A stretch of DNA of 63,681 nt, filler included, from Collodictyon triciliatum (GCA_043381765.1; 11 parts of 11 records of this genome joined end to end with filler, not necessarily neighbours in it); one strand, 5' to 3'. Shown: positions 51,171 through 63,681, counted from the whole stretch's first letter. The notes: generated by a model from the letters alone, not told the origin. Translations and numbers: made by a program.

Positions 51171-51633
51171 CGCCCGGCAACCAACAAAGCGCAAGGCCGA
51201 TCACACGTCAAAATATTCAAAGTAAATAGCTCGTAGCACCCCAAAAGCACGTAACATGCCATGAAACAAAGCAGATCAAAAAAGAATCCGGCGGGGTGGG
51301 AAACAACCCAACACAGACCATTACGAGAATGAAAAAAAGGCGATCTTTCTTTGATCTTTCTCTAAAAAACTCTGCATTCTTGGCTTTCCGGCAGCGATCG
51401 GGGCTGCTGGCAAGTTTTTCTGTTCATTTCCTCGTTCTTGCTTCTTTTCAGAGCATGTGCGGTGAATCAAAGGAAACACAACCAGAAACAAAGGAAACCA
51501 GATGGCAACTCGAAAAACATTTTCTAATGCTGTGGATTCTCGTCGTGTGGTTCAGTGAATCTCAGTTCATTTGGGTGGATTCGCTGTATAGCGGGAAAGA
51601 CACAAACAAATTAAAGACAGCCGCTCTCAATAA

Positions 51634-52314
51634 ATAATTGCACCGTGTACGGTACCCCGAAGGATGGTATGGCATCCCATAAAATGTGTGGTCAATTTAC
51701 CCTTGCATTCTTTATTTTGTTGGTTGTTGTAGAACTTCATGTAAGCATGTCATAAAAAATATTTGAGAGCTGTGATTATTATGGCTAAAGAATACAGAGC
51801 AAATTTAAGGGTTAAATCAGTTAGATATGTAATCTCCACATATGTCATATGTGATCTCTTTCTTTGGAATCATTGTGTTGTAAGCGATACGTGATTTAAT
51901 AGTTCCAAATACCAGGAAGCTGGGTGACCAGTACTTTGATTTTGTAAAATTTGAATATAATCAACTTATAAAATCTATAATGATTTGAATTTACCACTAG
52001 TGACATAAATAATTCGCCGCATTGCAATAAATTCCGTAAATATTAACCCACTAAGGATTTGATTGCAATCAATTGATGGCATCCGTATTCTGGTGTGGTC
52101 TACTCTAGAAAAAGACTCCTTAATTGTAGAAATTCAGATTATGTCCAATAAACACGTACATATGTGGAAAATAGGCCAGACAATCAGATCCACCGTGGCG
52201 ATCGACCTGGGCATGTGGGTTGGGGAGAATGAGGCTGGTTTTTGTGAGAGTGGATTGGCCGTAGAAGGCAAGGCTGCCAGAGAAGGTGGGTGTGCCAGTT
52301 GAAGAGGACGCCAC
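51634..52314 (-). CDS. Possible small uncharacterised multi-exon gene (MASSSTGTPTF...)
   Basis: ATG at 52314 and short in-frame exons with GT/AG boundaries. No homology recognised. Confidence 0.25.
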
Positions 52315-52626
52315 TTAATCAACACGGCGCGCAGTTGCTTTGAGTGGCACAGAGAGAAAAACACCCATAATCTAGTCAACAACAATAATAACAAATGAGG
52401 TGCGCTGGTGATTGCTTTTTTCTTCTGAAAACTAACCACAGCCTTTTTCCCTTTCGCTGTGATGGTTGCTTCAGAAACCAGATCCAGTTTTTTTTTTTTT
52501 TTTTTTATTTAATCCTTCCCCCCAACNNNNNNNNNNNNNNNNNNNNNNNNNNNNNNNNNNNNNNNNNNNNTTAATTAATTAANNNNNNNNNNNNNNNNNN
52601 NNNNNNNNNNNNNNNNNNNNNNNNNN

Positions 52627-52977
52627 GTCATTATCATTGTCATTATCATTGTCATTATCATTGTCATTATCATTGTCATTATCATTGTCATTATCATTGT
52701 CATTATCATTGTCATTATCATTGTCATTATCATTCTCATTCTCATTCTCATTCTCATTATCATTCTCATTATCATTCTCATTCTCATTCTCATTCTCATT
52801 CTCATTCTCATTCTCATTCTCATTCTCATTGTCATTATCATTGTCATTATCATTGTCATTATCATTGTCATTATCATTGTCATTCTCATTCTCATTGTCA
52901 TTATCATTATCATTATCATTATCATTATCATTATCATTATCATTATCATTATCATTATCATTATCATTATCATTATC
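52627..52977. repeat. Compound hexamer microsatellite ([A/G/C]TCATT)n
   Basis: Blocks of GTCATT-ATCATT, CTCATT and ATCATT units. Confidence 0.95.
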
Positions 52978-53170
52978 GTTTGCCCTTTTATAATCTGAAA
53001 ATTCGTTGCATTTTCCTCTCGTATGTATTTGATTCTCCCACTGATCTCCAGGCCAATTTTCTTAAGAATTTTCTATATAACAACTGCAAGCTACTATTGA
53101 AATGATACCTTGGCTCTTTGAATTTTTACACGTGTCGTTCTCTTTCTGTGCTTAACTCCTCTTTGCAGGA

Positions 53171-53271
<101 letters not shown>

Positions 53272-54025
53272 GTTTTATGAAAGAAAGGTTTAGATAACCT
53301 CGAAATATAATTTTAGGCTCGTCTATGCAGAGACCCCAAGGATATTTTTCTTTTCATGGATGCCAACCTTATTGGCCAAGTAAAGAAACTATCTCTCAAT
53401 TAATATAATTAGTGCTCGAACAATATCCATTCCTTTAATTTTTCTCCATTAGATAACTACTAAATAATGTCCACAAAAATCATGGATAACTCATATAATA
53501 TCCACAAGAAATTCATTCCGGAAAAGAAAAAGAAAAAGAAAAAGAAAAAGAAAAAGAAAAAGAAAAAGGACATAATATACAAGTTAAATATAAAAAAACC
53601 TCCCTCTTCCAGTATAAACCTTCGTCATGAATATTAAGTTTCTGTCCTCATCAATAGATGTGTGCATCATTTCATATCGCCTACGCCGAGTACTTAGAGC
53701 TCATTGGTGACTGCATGGGGGCCGCTAAAGTCTACAAACAAGGGATATCGTTGTATGATTCGTTCGAAATATTTGAGTTGCTATGAAGTATCCTCCAAAG
53801 ATTATAATTGGAACTGCAGTATAAAATAAAATAAAATAAAATAAAATATTAGAATCCATCACTTTTTTTTTATGGCCTTTATTTCCACCTGATTTCGGCT
53901 TCATGAAATACACGATGCAGAAAATCTTTTGTATCACCCCTATAGCTTAACTACATCGTGAAAACTACAGGAAAGCAACACCAGTCGATATTCTGACACG
54001 TCGACGCCATGATTTTCAAAAGCGT

Positions 54026-55178
54026 ATGGTGGAGTCATTAAAATCGGGTGGGTCATCTAGCAACATTCTGATGCAGGATAAAACCCCACGTTCCACAAAC
54101 CGAGTGGGTGACGAGAACCATTCAACAAGAGGTGAAGAGAATGGTAGTAGAACAAGCAACATCCAAGAAAAGAGACGTATAGCTCTCAATCCATTGTCTG
54201 ATGCCGAAGCTAAATCTCTTCATCGCCCATCCACACAAAGAGAATCGCTACCACTCTGTAAGAAAATATTGCTAACATAATACTAACTAAAATGTGACAC
54301 TTTTGAATCATTTTGTTTTTTCTTCCTGTTTCTATGTTTTTTTCATTAGGGAGAATGAGCTTCGAATTCCTACTTTTATTCAATTAATAGTGCACCTGAA
54401 TCTACATATTGCTTTAAATCAACATAATACATTCTTATCATCTCAACAAATTAAAATGACAGCAAACACAGAAGGCGCGACACTGAAGCATCAAAAGGTT
54501 TCCTTTGAGGTTTGTAATTCTCCTTTATCCCTGCAAGGGTGGATTCAGGGGACCCAAACCACTCCCAAAGTTGCGCCACAATCCTAGTTGATGATTAAGT
54601 CAAATATCTTAATCTCTAATCCACTCTATCTCGAGGGACTTGAGATCCAATGTTATGAAGGCAATAACAAATCATCTTCGGCAGAGGCTTTGTGGTTGCT
54701 GCTTTATATCTTTTTTTTTTTTTTTTTTTTGCCAGAATCCTCATTATAGCTTCCCCTTTTAAGATATACTCTGAACCTGCAACCATGGAAGAGCAGCCCA
54801 AATGGACAAACCTCCCACCAATGACCGAGCGGACCAAGGAGAATGACGGGGTTGCAGTTCCCATGGCCGGGCAGACTGTGAGTCCGTCACAAGTGCAACA
54901 AGCAATATTTCCGATTAGACGAGTTAAATTTTCATCAACATTTTCTCTCTTTCTCTTTCTCTTTTTCTTTCCCTTTCTCTTTCTCTTTCTCTTTCTCTTT
55001 CTCTTTCTCTTTCTCTTTCTCTTTCTCTTTCTCTTTCTCTTTCTCTTTCTCTTTCTCTTTCTCTTTCTCTCTCTCAAACTAGATTGATGCTGGACTTAAA
55101 CACCGTCCTGCCTACAACGCACCTGCGGAGCCAGTGGGTTTATCAAGAGGCGGATTCCGCGTGATGGAGGACTCATGA
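54026..55178 (+). CDS. Small uncharacterised hydrophilic multi-exon gene, convergent with the Fanzor element
   Basis: MVESLKSGG...LPL|, ANTEGATLKHQKVSFE|, IYSEPATMEEQPKW...AGQT|, IDAGLKHRPAYNAPAEPVGLSRGGFRVMEDS*, with GT-AG boundaries. Confidence 0.5.
54945..55074. repeat. (CTCTTT)n intronic microsatellite
   Basis: Direct reading. Confidence 0.95.
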
Positions 55179-55321
55179 CCGCCAGAGACACCTCGCCATT
55201 GCAGGCTCTGCCGATTCCTTTGCCTGCTATTTGCACATAAAGCGAAACATAAACCACAGAGAATTCCAAACATTCGTTGCTTTCGAGTGGCGCTATGTTT
55301 TGGTTTGCTTCTTTTAGATGA

Positions 55322-55460
55322 CTAGAAGTATACCAATCTTTCGATTGGTAAACCTGGTGCGCTAGTATCCAAGGTCTCGCCACTTTTTTCACAAAGATAG
55401 TCCAGTGGTGTAGGCTGCCAGGAAAGACCCGACAGCCTGTTTTTTAGAGGAAGGTGTATG
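55322..55460 (-). ncRNA. Fanzor element right end / candidate omegaRNA scaffold
   Basis: Directly 3' of the Fanzor RuvC-III. Contains an 11-bp hairpin AGGCTGTCGGG/CCTGGCAGCCT, a CCACT/AGTGG stem, a CCTTGG/CCAGG stem and a perfect TACCAATC-GAAA-GATTGGTA hairpin, then TACTTCTAG. Duplicated at 36633-36774. Confidence 0.75.
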
Positions 55461-55474
55461 AATATTTTGAAGGA

Positions 55475-57329
55475 TTAAAAGAACTTTCTGAGTAGATTTT
55501 TAGCGCTGTTAAAGTCCTTTGTCAAGAATACACTTTGTTTGCTTTTTGAGTGATTACATTCTTTACATATTAGACATTTATACATCTTTTGAACTTTCCA
55601 TTCGGCGTTATATATTCCAGTTCTTTTTCGCAGGTAAAACACATCTCGAGGTTCTTAATTCATTTACACTAACTGTTTCAAAACGTTTGGATTGTATTTT
55701 TTATAACCCTCTTCCGATTGTTGGCATAAAATGTTTCATCTGAGATTTTCTGCTCCTGTCTCCATACGCTAGTACAACATCCTTGCCAAATGTCTTTTCG
55801 ATTCGGTCCACAAACAATAGTTCACTTCTTTTTGTATTAGCATAATGTCTCCATCTCATCTTTCGAAAAGTTACGTGTTCATAAAATCCGGAAAATTCTA
55901 TCTGGTATCTTGATTTCATAGATACATATTTTTGAAATTTTTCATAATCGGCCGCGCATGAATTATGTTTACACAGTTCTGTCTCTAAATCGATTAAAGA
56001 TACTTTTGATGTCCCAAACTGCTGATTCTCTTTAAAAGTCATGAGACCAAAAGAAACAACACTTTGTAAACCCGTTGCTATGCATATCCTTGAAAAATTG
56101 TACTTTTCTTTATCGCGCAAGAGTGTATTTTGTGATTTTTAAAGAGATTTGCTATCATGTCTTCTTTGGTGTATCTTGTAACGTAATTTCTTACCTTTCT
56201 CATCCACCATGTAAACCATATTAAACTTACCAGCGTTCACTCTAGCTATTTTTTTGCCGCTAATAAAGTTAACTACTCTTCGGAAAGCTCATCTATAAAC
56301 ACATTCTTCGGTTGTTTGATTATATTTGAATTTTGAATCTGAAATACCTTTCTTTTTCAAACAATAATGACACCGCCAAGCCGTCTCTTTGTATCATGTA
56401 TTTAAAATTGTAGTCTCTTTGATGAAATACCCTCTTCATTTCAAAGAACTCATCCCATAGTGTTTATGCATCCTGATATATCCTTCATGAGTGATGTTTT
56501 CCCCAGTTGATACTAATAAATTTATCAAATATGCAGTATCTAGAGTAATATGAAATGGTGTATTGGTTAGTTCTTACAGAGATTGGTTGAAGCAGTTTGG
56601 CTCCAATGTCCTCAAAAATGCGATTCATGTAAATCAGACATGCAATATACTTATTTGGATTGACTTTGACGTCATATTCGATACCATTTACAATATTGCT
56701 GGGAATGATACCATGCAAATGCGTTATAGCCCATCCTTTATCTTGTTCCGGTATTTCGAGATTCTTGAAGATGACTTTTTCAACTTTTGTAACTCTGCCT
56801 TTTTAATAGCTTCTGTAATATTCTCATCTTTAGGAACTATTTGATTTATAAAGCGCAGAAACCTCTTTGCAAAATGTTCCTTAACATTACTATGATAAGC
56901 TGTTAACATTTGATCGCAAGGTACAGTAATACAAGAGACAGTCCAACCAACGGAAAGCGCTCTTCTCGAGATAAAAAGAATCGAAAATTATTGATATAAA
57001 AAGTCATCATATCATCTCTCATATCTGGGTTTTTTTTAAATCTTGTGGGTCTACCTTGTGAAACTACTCCGACCGCCTTTAAAGCATACAAATTAAAACA
57101 AAAAAAAACTACTTTTCATCGATTGTTGGGAGCTGTTGTGATTTCAATGTGTAACATCTTGCAGACAGATAAGTGTCGGTAACCAAATTATAATGCAATA
57201 AAACCGCATCGTTGGTTTTTCATAGTCATCCGAATTCTTTACAATCGACTTTAGAGACGTTTTCACATTTCGTTAGTGTAGTTTTACAGACTTGAGATTC
57301 TCAGACTCAAGGCGATTTCTTTTCTTCAT
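55475..57329 (-). pseudogene. Fanzor1 (TnpB/Cas12-like RNA-guided endonuclease), intronless, multiple frameshifts and stops
   Basis: Pieced across frames: VKTSLKSIVKN; LPTIDE; NVKEHFAKRFLRFIN; YDVKVNPNKY...YMN; KLLQPISVRTN; IQRDG; RuvC-I VNAGKFNMVYMVDEKGKKLRY (DPGK decayed); FRKMRWRHY; IEKTFGKDVVLAYGDRSRKSQMKHFMPTIGRGL; RuvC-II VNELRTSRC; RuvC-III VFLTKDFNSAKNL. Confidence 0.88.
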
Positions 57330-58396
57330 TTGAAAGTCTTTGCTTTACTTTTTCCTTTAGAAAACTACCGAGTTTTCGATTTTAATAAAACTTAAGTCAT
57401 TTAGTCAATTAAAAAAAAATAACAACAGCATAAAGTCAATTATGAAAAATTAAGCATCTGCCGAATCTTTCAAAATGTGCGCTTTGTGGCAAACAGACAC
57501 ATATAATTTTTAGAAGTGATTTGAGACAAAACGCTGAGAGCCGATTCGACGAGTTCGAAAGGACAGCTGTATAGTCATTGCGACTGAAAGTTAACATATC
57601 GACCCCAAACAACATGATTACCGCCGCAAGTGCGGATAGTATGCTTTTTTGAAATGTATGCTTGGTGGCAGGTATATAGAATGGGTTCTGTCAGGGCCAA
57701 GGCAAAGGCTTGTTTGTAATTTTTAATTTTAATGATATTATTACATAAATGAGAATACATATAAATTGATTACATGAATATAATGAGATTGTTAAGTATT
57801 TTCAATCTTATTATATATACTAACATACTATTATATTATTCAGGTTGTCTCTTGGATTCGTCAAACCTCCTGGTTTCGTTCATCCAGATTTAATTCGATG
57901 GTTGTCTGTGCAATAAATTGCTATATATGGGTACGCTTTCGTTGTATAAAAAGTGTTGTGCCTAAAAGGGATAAACCCAAGTTCGTCACAACCTTTGTAA
58001 TGAAGTTTATTTAGTCACAGGCTAAATGAAACCGTAGAAAAAAGAAAAAAGAAAAAAGAAAAAGGAAAAAAGAAAAAAGAAAAAAGAAAAAAGAAAAAAG
58101 ANNNNNNNNNNNNNNNNNNNNNNNNNNNNNNNNNNNNNNNNNNNNTTAATTAATTAANNNNNNNNNNNNNNNNNNNNNNNNNNNNNNNNNNNNNNNNNNN
58201 NAAAAAGAAAAAAAGAAAAAAAGAAAAAAAGAAAAAAAGAAAAAAAGAAAAAAAGAAAAAAAGAAAAAAAGAAAAAAGAAAAAAGAAAAAAAGAAAAAAA
58301 GAAAAAGAAAAAAAGAAAAAGAAAAAAAGAAAAAGAAAAAAAGAAAAAAGAAACAAAAGAAACAAAAGCCAAAACATTTGAGGGATAAAAGAGGTA

Positions 58397-58570
58397 TTTG
58401 CACCTTTTGAAGCTTGTGACAGATTTTTCCTTGCTGCCGTCGTCAACAACGGGCACCGTTTTTGCTGGAGGAAAGAGTCGAACGATGACGAAGACGATCA
58501 TGAAAAAAATGAAGCTGATCAGAACAAGCTGAGCCTTCTGTCTAGGGCTGGATGCTGATGTGTTTCTCAT
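58397..58570 (-). CDS. First exon of a type II membrane protein (short basic N-tail + TM helix); truncated by contig end
   Basis: MRNTSASSPRQKAQ-LVLISFIFFMIVFVIV-RLFPP; function unknown. Confidence 0.4.
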
Positions 58571-59304
58571 ACTTCACAGAGACTCGCAGTTCTAAAGGAG
58601 ATATCAAATGATTAGCTCTATAACTTAAAACGAAGGGACTTTATAAAATGATGGCATGTATAGCATTCTCTCTGGGCATCTCAAGTTCGGTTTGGCTGAT
58701 CGGCGTACTGCAGGATGAATGACTTTATGATGTAAGGGACGGAAGGAAATACATAGGGAATGATGACTTTAATGTGCTGCAGTTCCTTTCGGTTGCTTGG
58801 GACTTCGACGGTCTTATGGCTGGTCTGATCACAACGCGCGGGGCAGCCACCAAAGATTTGGATAAGCTCTGCCTTTGATTTGGGGAAATAGCTTAGTTAT
58901 CTTTTCCACGAATGGATTTTTAATCTGGAATTTATTAATGAATATGCTTGACTCTGCGATTAGCGACCAAATATTTGACAGCAATAGAGTAATTTTTTGT
59001 TTTATCATCATAGGAAACCAATCTATGAACCACTTTTGGTTGGGGTACCCCACTTTGCTCCTAGTCTGCAAGCAAAATCTACAGACGTGGGTCAACGTTT
59101 GTGAGAGGGTAGCGATAATTGATACTTTTTGAAAAGCTCTTATTTTATTCTATAGCATTCGATAGCCAGGTCATGGGTGAAGATGCTTCATAACAATTCT
59201 TCATGACAGGGTGCCGTTGTTGGCTAGAATCAGTCTGTTTTTTTTTATTTCACCATGGAAACATGATGCAAATTGGGGTGGCAAATGCATGACTCGACTA
59301 TATG

Positions 59305-61504
59305 TCAGAACAATGCTTCTGGGCTAGGGTATGAGTTTGTTGATTTCTTTGGAATAATGAATTCAAGGGGTCTATTCCACGGTCTTCGTTTGGCATCTAC
59401 AATAGATCCATTCATAAAGGTTGTTCCAAAATGGTCCTCTTCACCATAGCTTTCATGGATGTGGCCAAAGAGATGATATTGCGGTTTCAGTCTGCATAAA
59501 GGATATTGTTAATATGTACATAACTACCACATTAAGTGAGATGCAATGATAATTATATGCTGGCCTGAGTTGGGATCCACTCATAAATCGAGCTGGTTCA
59601 AAGAACAAACTTTTTGACAGTTGCAAGAAGGTCTTCACACCCAGCGCGAATTCCTTGAAAATTGCGGTCCAAAATGTTCCATGGCTGTCATTTGCAGTAT
59701 CGCGGTTTAGAATAGCGTAGTAAATTCGATGTATGTGGTAAAGAAGAAGCATATAATTTACAACATTAGCCTTAAAAGATAAATGTATTTCTAAGAACCG
59801 GTCCATGAGTTATCAGAATATCAGTAGCAGCAGGAATCAAATCCCATTTTTTTTTTATGGTTTGCCCTCGGTCGAGGTTGAAGGCCCTTTGTATGAATTA
59901 ACATAGAAAATTGATTTTGTTCTTTGACGATACATATTCCATCTATAGAGTGCCATAAAAAGGCATCGAAGTGATATTTGTTCTCACCAATTGAAATAAG
60001 TAGGTTGCCATGGCGAGCCCCATATGTTGATTCCATCTATTTGAACACCCGAATCTTGGAGGTATATAGCATCACTTAAACACTTTATGGGTGAAATACA
60101 ATCTTGCTTCTCAGTATGAAATCTAAAGCAAATCAATTGATAGATTAGCAATAGGAGTAATGCCAGTAACAAAATCACACAATAATACCTATGCCAATTT
60201 TGTTCATAAAAATCTGGTTGTAGAGTGATATCATGATTTCCTATTAATCGCATAATCTCAAGATCAATTTTTGCATATTTATATGTACCTTTAATTTAAC
60301 TTGGAGAAGAACTTAGTACTTTTTTTTTTTAAAAAAAAAAGAAGCATTCACCTGAGATAACAATCTTAATTTTGTGTGGCTGCTTACTAAGCCACTTATT
60401 GAATCCTCTTATCTCATCTTCAGTCCCTGAGACACTAAAATCACCTAATTGCAAAAATGAATCAATATCAGGCTATAATTATTTCAAAAAAATCATGCAT
60501 ATTTGATCCTCATAGTTCGTCAAAATATGCATATTTTTGTTCGGTGATGAAGGTATAAACCTCCATGAATCAATACATCCCCTGGCGGAATTTTTACTCG
60601 GTCATGTAAACCATGTGTATCAGACAAGTAGATAAAGGAAACGTAGTCTTTTCCATTATTTGTTTCTACAGTTCGAAAAAAAAAACTAGAATTATGGGAG
60701 AGTGTATTTGACTCATTTTTTTTTACATTCTCGAAGATATTACAGACCAAGAGCAGCTGGTAGTGGCACAGAAGCTGGTCCTTTTCTAATTATAGAAGAA
60801 CAAGTTAAAAAAAAAGATAAATTTAGTTTTTTATTCTGAAGGATTATTCACTGAAGAAAAAATCACTATAATATAATTATAAGATACTTTGTATTGATTT
60901 CATACAAAGGAGGAAAATATTCTTTCGTTAAAGAGGGGCCAAATCTCGGGTGAAGTTGTGTTGTGTCCCTAAAATGAAAAATACAATAGCGACATTGATC
61001 TAATGAAGATCAAAAGTTTATGCCATACACCGCTGATTTATTTATATTTATTTCGTAGTGTTTCATGAATTGCAAAATAACAATTACTTTACTATAGTTA
61101 CCGCACTAAAAGCCAATGAAAAAATAGTAAATAAATACATTATGTAAAAAGATATTTGTAATTTTCATGAAAAATTACTTTGATATGTGTCCATTCACTG
61201 ATGTCTTGTTTGTGTGGAGAACGTCGACCATATCCACGGCTGAGGGGGACCTTTTTTATGTCGTCAATTGTTATAAGTTTAATTCTTGATATACACTGAA
61301 AGACTCCTAAGAAAAATTTGTGACAAAAAGAACAAACACTTTTTTTTTTTAAAAAAAAAAAGAATACCCTAACCTTAAGATTTTTGACCTATTCATAGTG
61401 CTATCAAGAGAGAGTCCATCCATCCCAGCGCATAAACCTACTTCTTTGTCAACCTCTGCCCTAACTTCGAGCTCCTGATTGACAAAAGTGCCAGATGTTT
61501 CCAT
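59305..61504 (-). CDS. Calcineurin-like metallophosphoesterase, MPPED1/2 (239FB)-like; complete multi-exon gene
   Basis: Motifs SDTHG, GDVLIHGGDF, KIVISGNHD, IYLQDS, IWGSPWQP, WAFNLDRG, WDLIP..TDILITHGP, HLFGHIHESYG, TTFMNGS. Confidence 0.92.
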
Positions 61505-62662
61505 TTGATGAAGAGTAACTGGTTCACGATGAATAGATTGATGCTGCGATAGTGACAAAATATTTTAAAAGAAAATGGACCGGGTCGATTTTTCAGCATT
61601 TTTGTCTCTCCTTTGCTCGCTTAAAAATTAAAACTCTTAAAAAAACTCTATGTTCCTCTTTAAACTTGGTCGTTCATTAATCAGTAACGCGGACCAAAAA
61701 AATAAATTATCAACATTAAGATTTAAAATTATGATCGACGAATGTATGATTCATCAAATAAAATGCAAAATAGCTAAAAGTAAATAACTAGGCTCATGCC
61801 TGTAAACTAAAAATAAAAGTTACAGTGGCGGAGGTAGATGCCGTTTGGTTCAAGAGTTTCTGATCATGAATGTTTGACATATTGATACATCTGCTCTAAT
61901 GCGTGAAAGACTCACAAAAAAAAGAGAAGGAAAAAAAAAGTCGAGTTTGTTGCGTAGGTACTTCTAGTGCAATTGGAGGAAGAATGGAACGAATTAAATG
62001 TGTGGATGTCGATATGTTCTTCATCATGGTGTAGCCCTTCGGAAATGTGCTGGCACCGATGCGCTCATGTCAAATTGAATGCGCCAGAAGCAATTTATAC
62101 CATGGATGAAGAGACATAAACGCGTTCTCTTTTGGTGACTGCTATGTTGTCACCTCGAGTTTTCTTCGCCTTTAATCTACTGATGTCAACAAATCTTATA
62201 CTTGAACCAAACCAACTATCGAAATCGTGCGTTTGTTCATTTTTCGGGCGGTTTGGGGATAACCCACAATTAAAAATATGGAGAATCGGCTGGAAGAACC
62301 TCCAAGAAGTGGCTTGGACATGAAAGCCATATCAAGACACTCTCTTTGAATTGTAATCGTGGTCAAATAGAGGTTACTAATTAGCAGGAAGGGAAAAAAT
62401 TGGGCGACTTAGGGATACCGAAACAGGTCGAGTCACGCGCGCCCCAACACACCAAGCACCACCCCACCGCCTGGTGACTCGTATTGTGGGTTCGACTCGG
62501 GATACCAAGAGCCGCGCACGAGGAAATTGACAGGGTGATGAGGAGTTGGCAATGAAATCAGCGGTGCTGGTCATTTAATAACATAGGTTGCTGCAATCAT
62601 ATGTCGCACCATATGTTTTTCATTAGCTACTTAGCAACCGTGTTTCTATTTTATTTTTTTGT

Positions 62663-63681
62663 ATTTTTTATCCTTCCTTTCAATTTTGTGCAAGATGGTG
62701 GAGATGTTGGCTTTGATTCGCTAGCCTTTCACACTAACGCTACTTGTTGGCCGGGTGGCGGAGAAGTAGTCGGTAATCGGGAATTGCATCCTGCGGTTTG
62801 GCCTGTAGCCTGGGTCTTGTGCTTGCATGAGAGATACAAGGCGAGGTTTAATATCTTTCTCAGCCTCTTTCCACATGTCTCTTCTCACAGGGTCTGAGTA
62901 GTAGAGAACGTGCAAGTGGCGAAGAAAGCTATTGAGGAAAGAGATTTGTATGGTGTCATCAGCCTGTTATCAGGAATGGGTGACTGGTTGTTGACCCTTA
63001 CTTTGCATGAGTATATGCGTGCTATCCAAATAGTCCATAGCAAATGGCCTCGCGTCAATGCCCAGAATTTTCTTGCCTCTGGACGCAGCTATTGCAGAGG
63101 CCCAAATATCGCCTGGATTGGACAAACAGCCGCGGTCGTCTAGAGTGCCAGTCGGAGAATCTCATCGGCTGTTTCACGCAGGTTTTGAGCGAAGGGACAT
63201 TGCACAAATGTGTGCTCGATGGATTCATCACCGTTGCTGTCGAGTGTGCATTTTGGGAGACTTTGCCAGCTTTTGCCGCGCGTGTGCCTATCCATAGCTA
63301 CCTATTGGTGATATTAAGCATTAAAGAGCGGTGATTTGGAAGGACTTGCGGGGTTCGTGCTTGTCTCCAGCTCGCGGTGAGCGGGGCGTGGGTGATGCCT
63401 AGTGTTTCTCCCCACCGTTGATGTTTTGACTTTTTGTAAGGTGTCGGCGGCGATATTTTGTATCGAAAGAATTAGGAGTAGGCCATAGCCATCGAGAGCT
63501 GCATAGACTGCGCACCGTTAGACGAGCGTTCGTTCTTGAGGCGGAAAAAGAATGGCGACGGGATGTCGTATGAGATTTGTCTGCGTGAGCGCCATTTTCC
63601 TTTGTTATTCAGGACGGCTGTGGTTGGCTGTGCATCTTGTGTGCGGAATGCGGTGGAGCCTGGCGTTGTGATGTATGAGCC
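62663..63681 (-). mobile_element. L1/Tx1-like non-LTR retrotransposon, degenerate ORF2 C-terminus (zf-RVT) + 3' UTR; continues beyond the window
   Basis: WRQARTPQVLPNHRSLML...LWIGTR, then KCTLDSNGDESIEHTFVQCPFAQ (zf-RVT-like ES.EH.F..C..A) and GHLLWTIWIARIY. In-frame TAGs and a frameshift; A-rich tail. Confidence 0.85.

Noticed and set aside
52575-52993. MIMIM.../SLSLS... ORFs and similar poly-K, poly-F, poly-Y and CYVML ORFs
   Set aside because: Translations of microsatellites and N runs.
57330-57460. TAATTGAC motifs upstream of Fanzor as a giant-virus AAAATTGA early promoter
   Set aside because: Not an exact match, and likely by chance in AT-rich DNA.

Overview
AT-rich, intron-dense eukaryotic (protist-like, plausibly amoebozoan; inference) nuclear DNA. 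The window is not a real chromosome segment: about 11 unrelated pieces, most ~5.48 kb, are joined by ten identical 100-bp linkers (44 N + TTAATTAATTAA + 44 N). There is also one linker-free scaffold gap (42094-42929) spanned by a gene. Host genes, assembled by hand from spliced exons: a probable VPS9-domain GEF, an LRR protein, mitochondrial-type ketol-acid reductoisomerase, a DUF4062-type N-terminus, a TMEM104/Aa_trans transporter, low-specificity threonine aldolase, a cyclic-nucleotide-gated-type channel with an unusual filter, a Dictyostelium-type STAT-like SH2 protein, an MPPED-like metallophosphoesterase and an ABCB (MDR) pseudogene. Mobile DNA: six copies of the 3' end of an L1/Tx1-like LINE (four with target-site duplications) and a ~3 kb duplicated block. 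The main finding is an intronless, decayed Fanzor1 (eukaryotic TnpB-like RNA-guided nuclease) gene at 55475-57329 (-), followed by a ~140-nt structured right end terminating in hairpin + TTCTAG. A second copy of that ~140-nt unit (117/130 identical, ungapped, by manual alignment) lies on another contig at 36633-36774 (+). The two copies diverge immediately after TTCTAG, which delimits a candidate omegaRNA scaffold and two different candidate guides.
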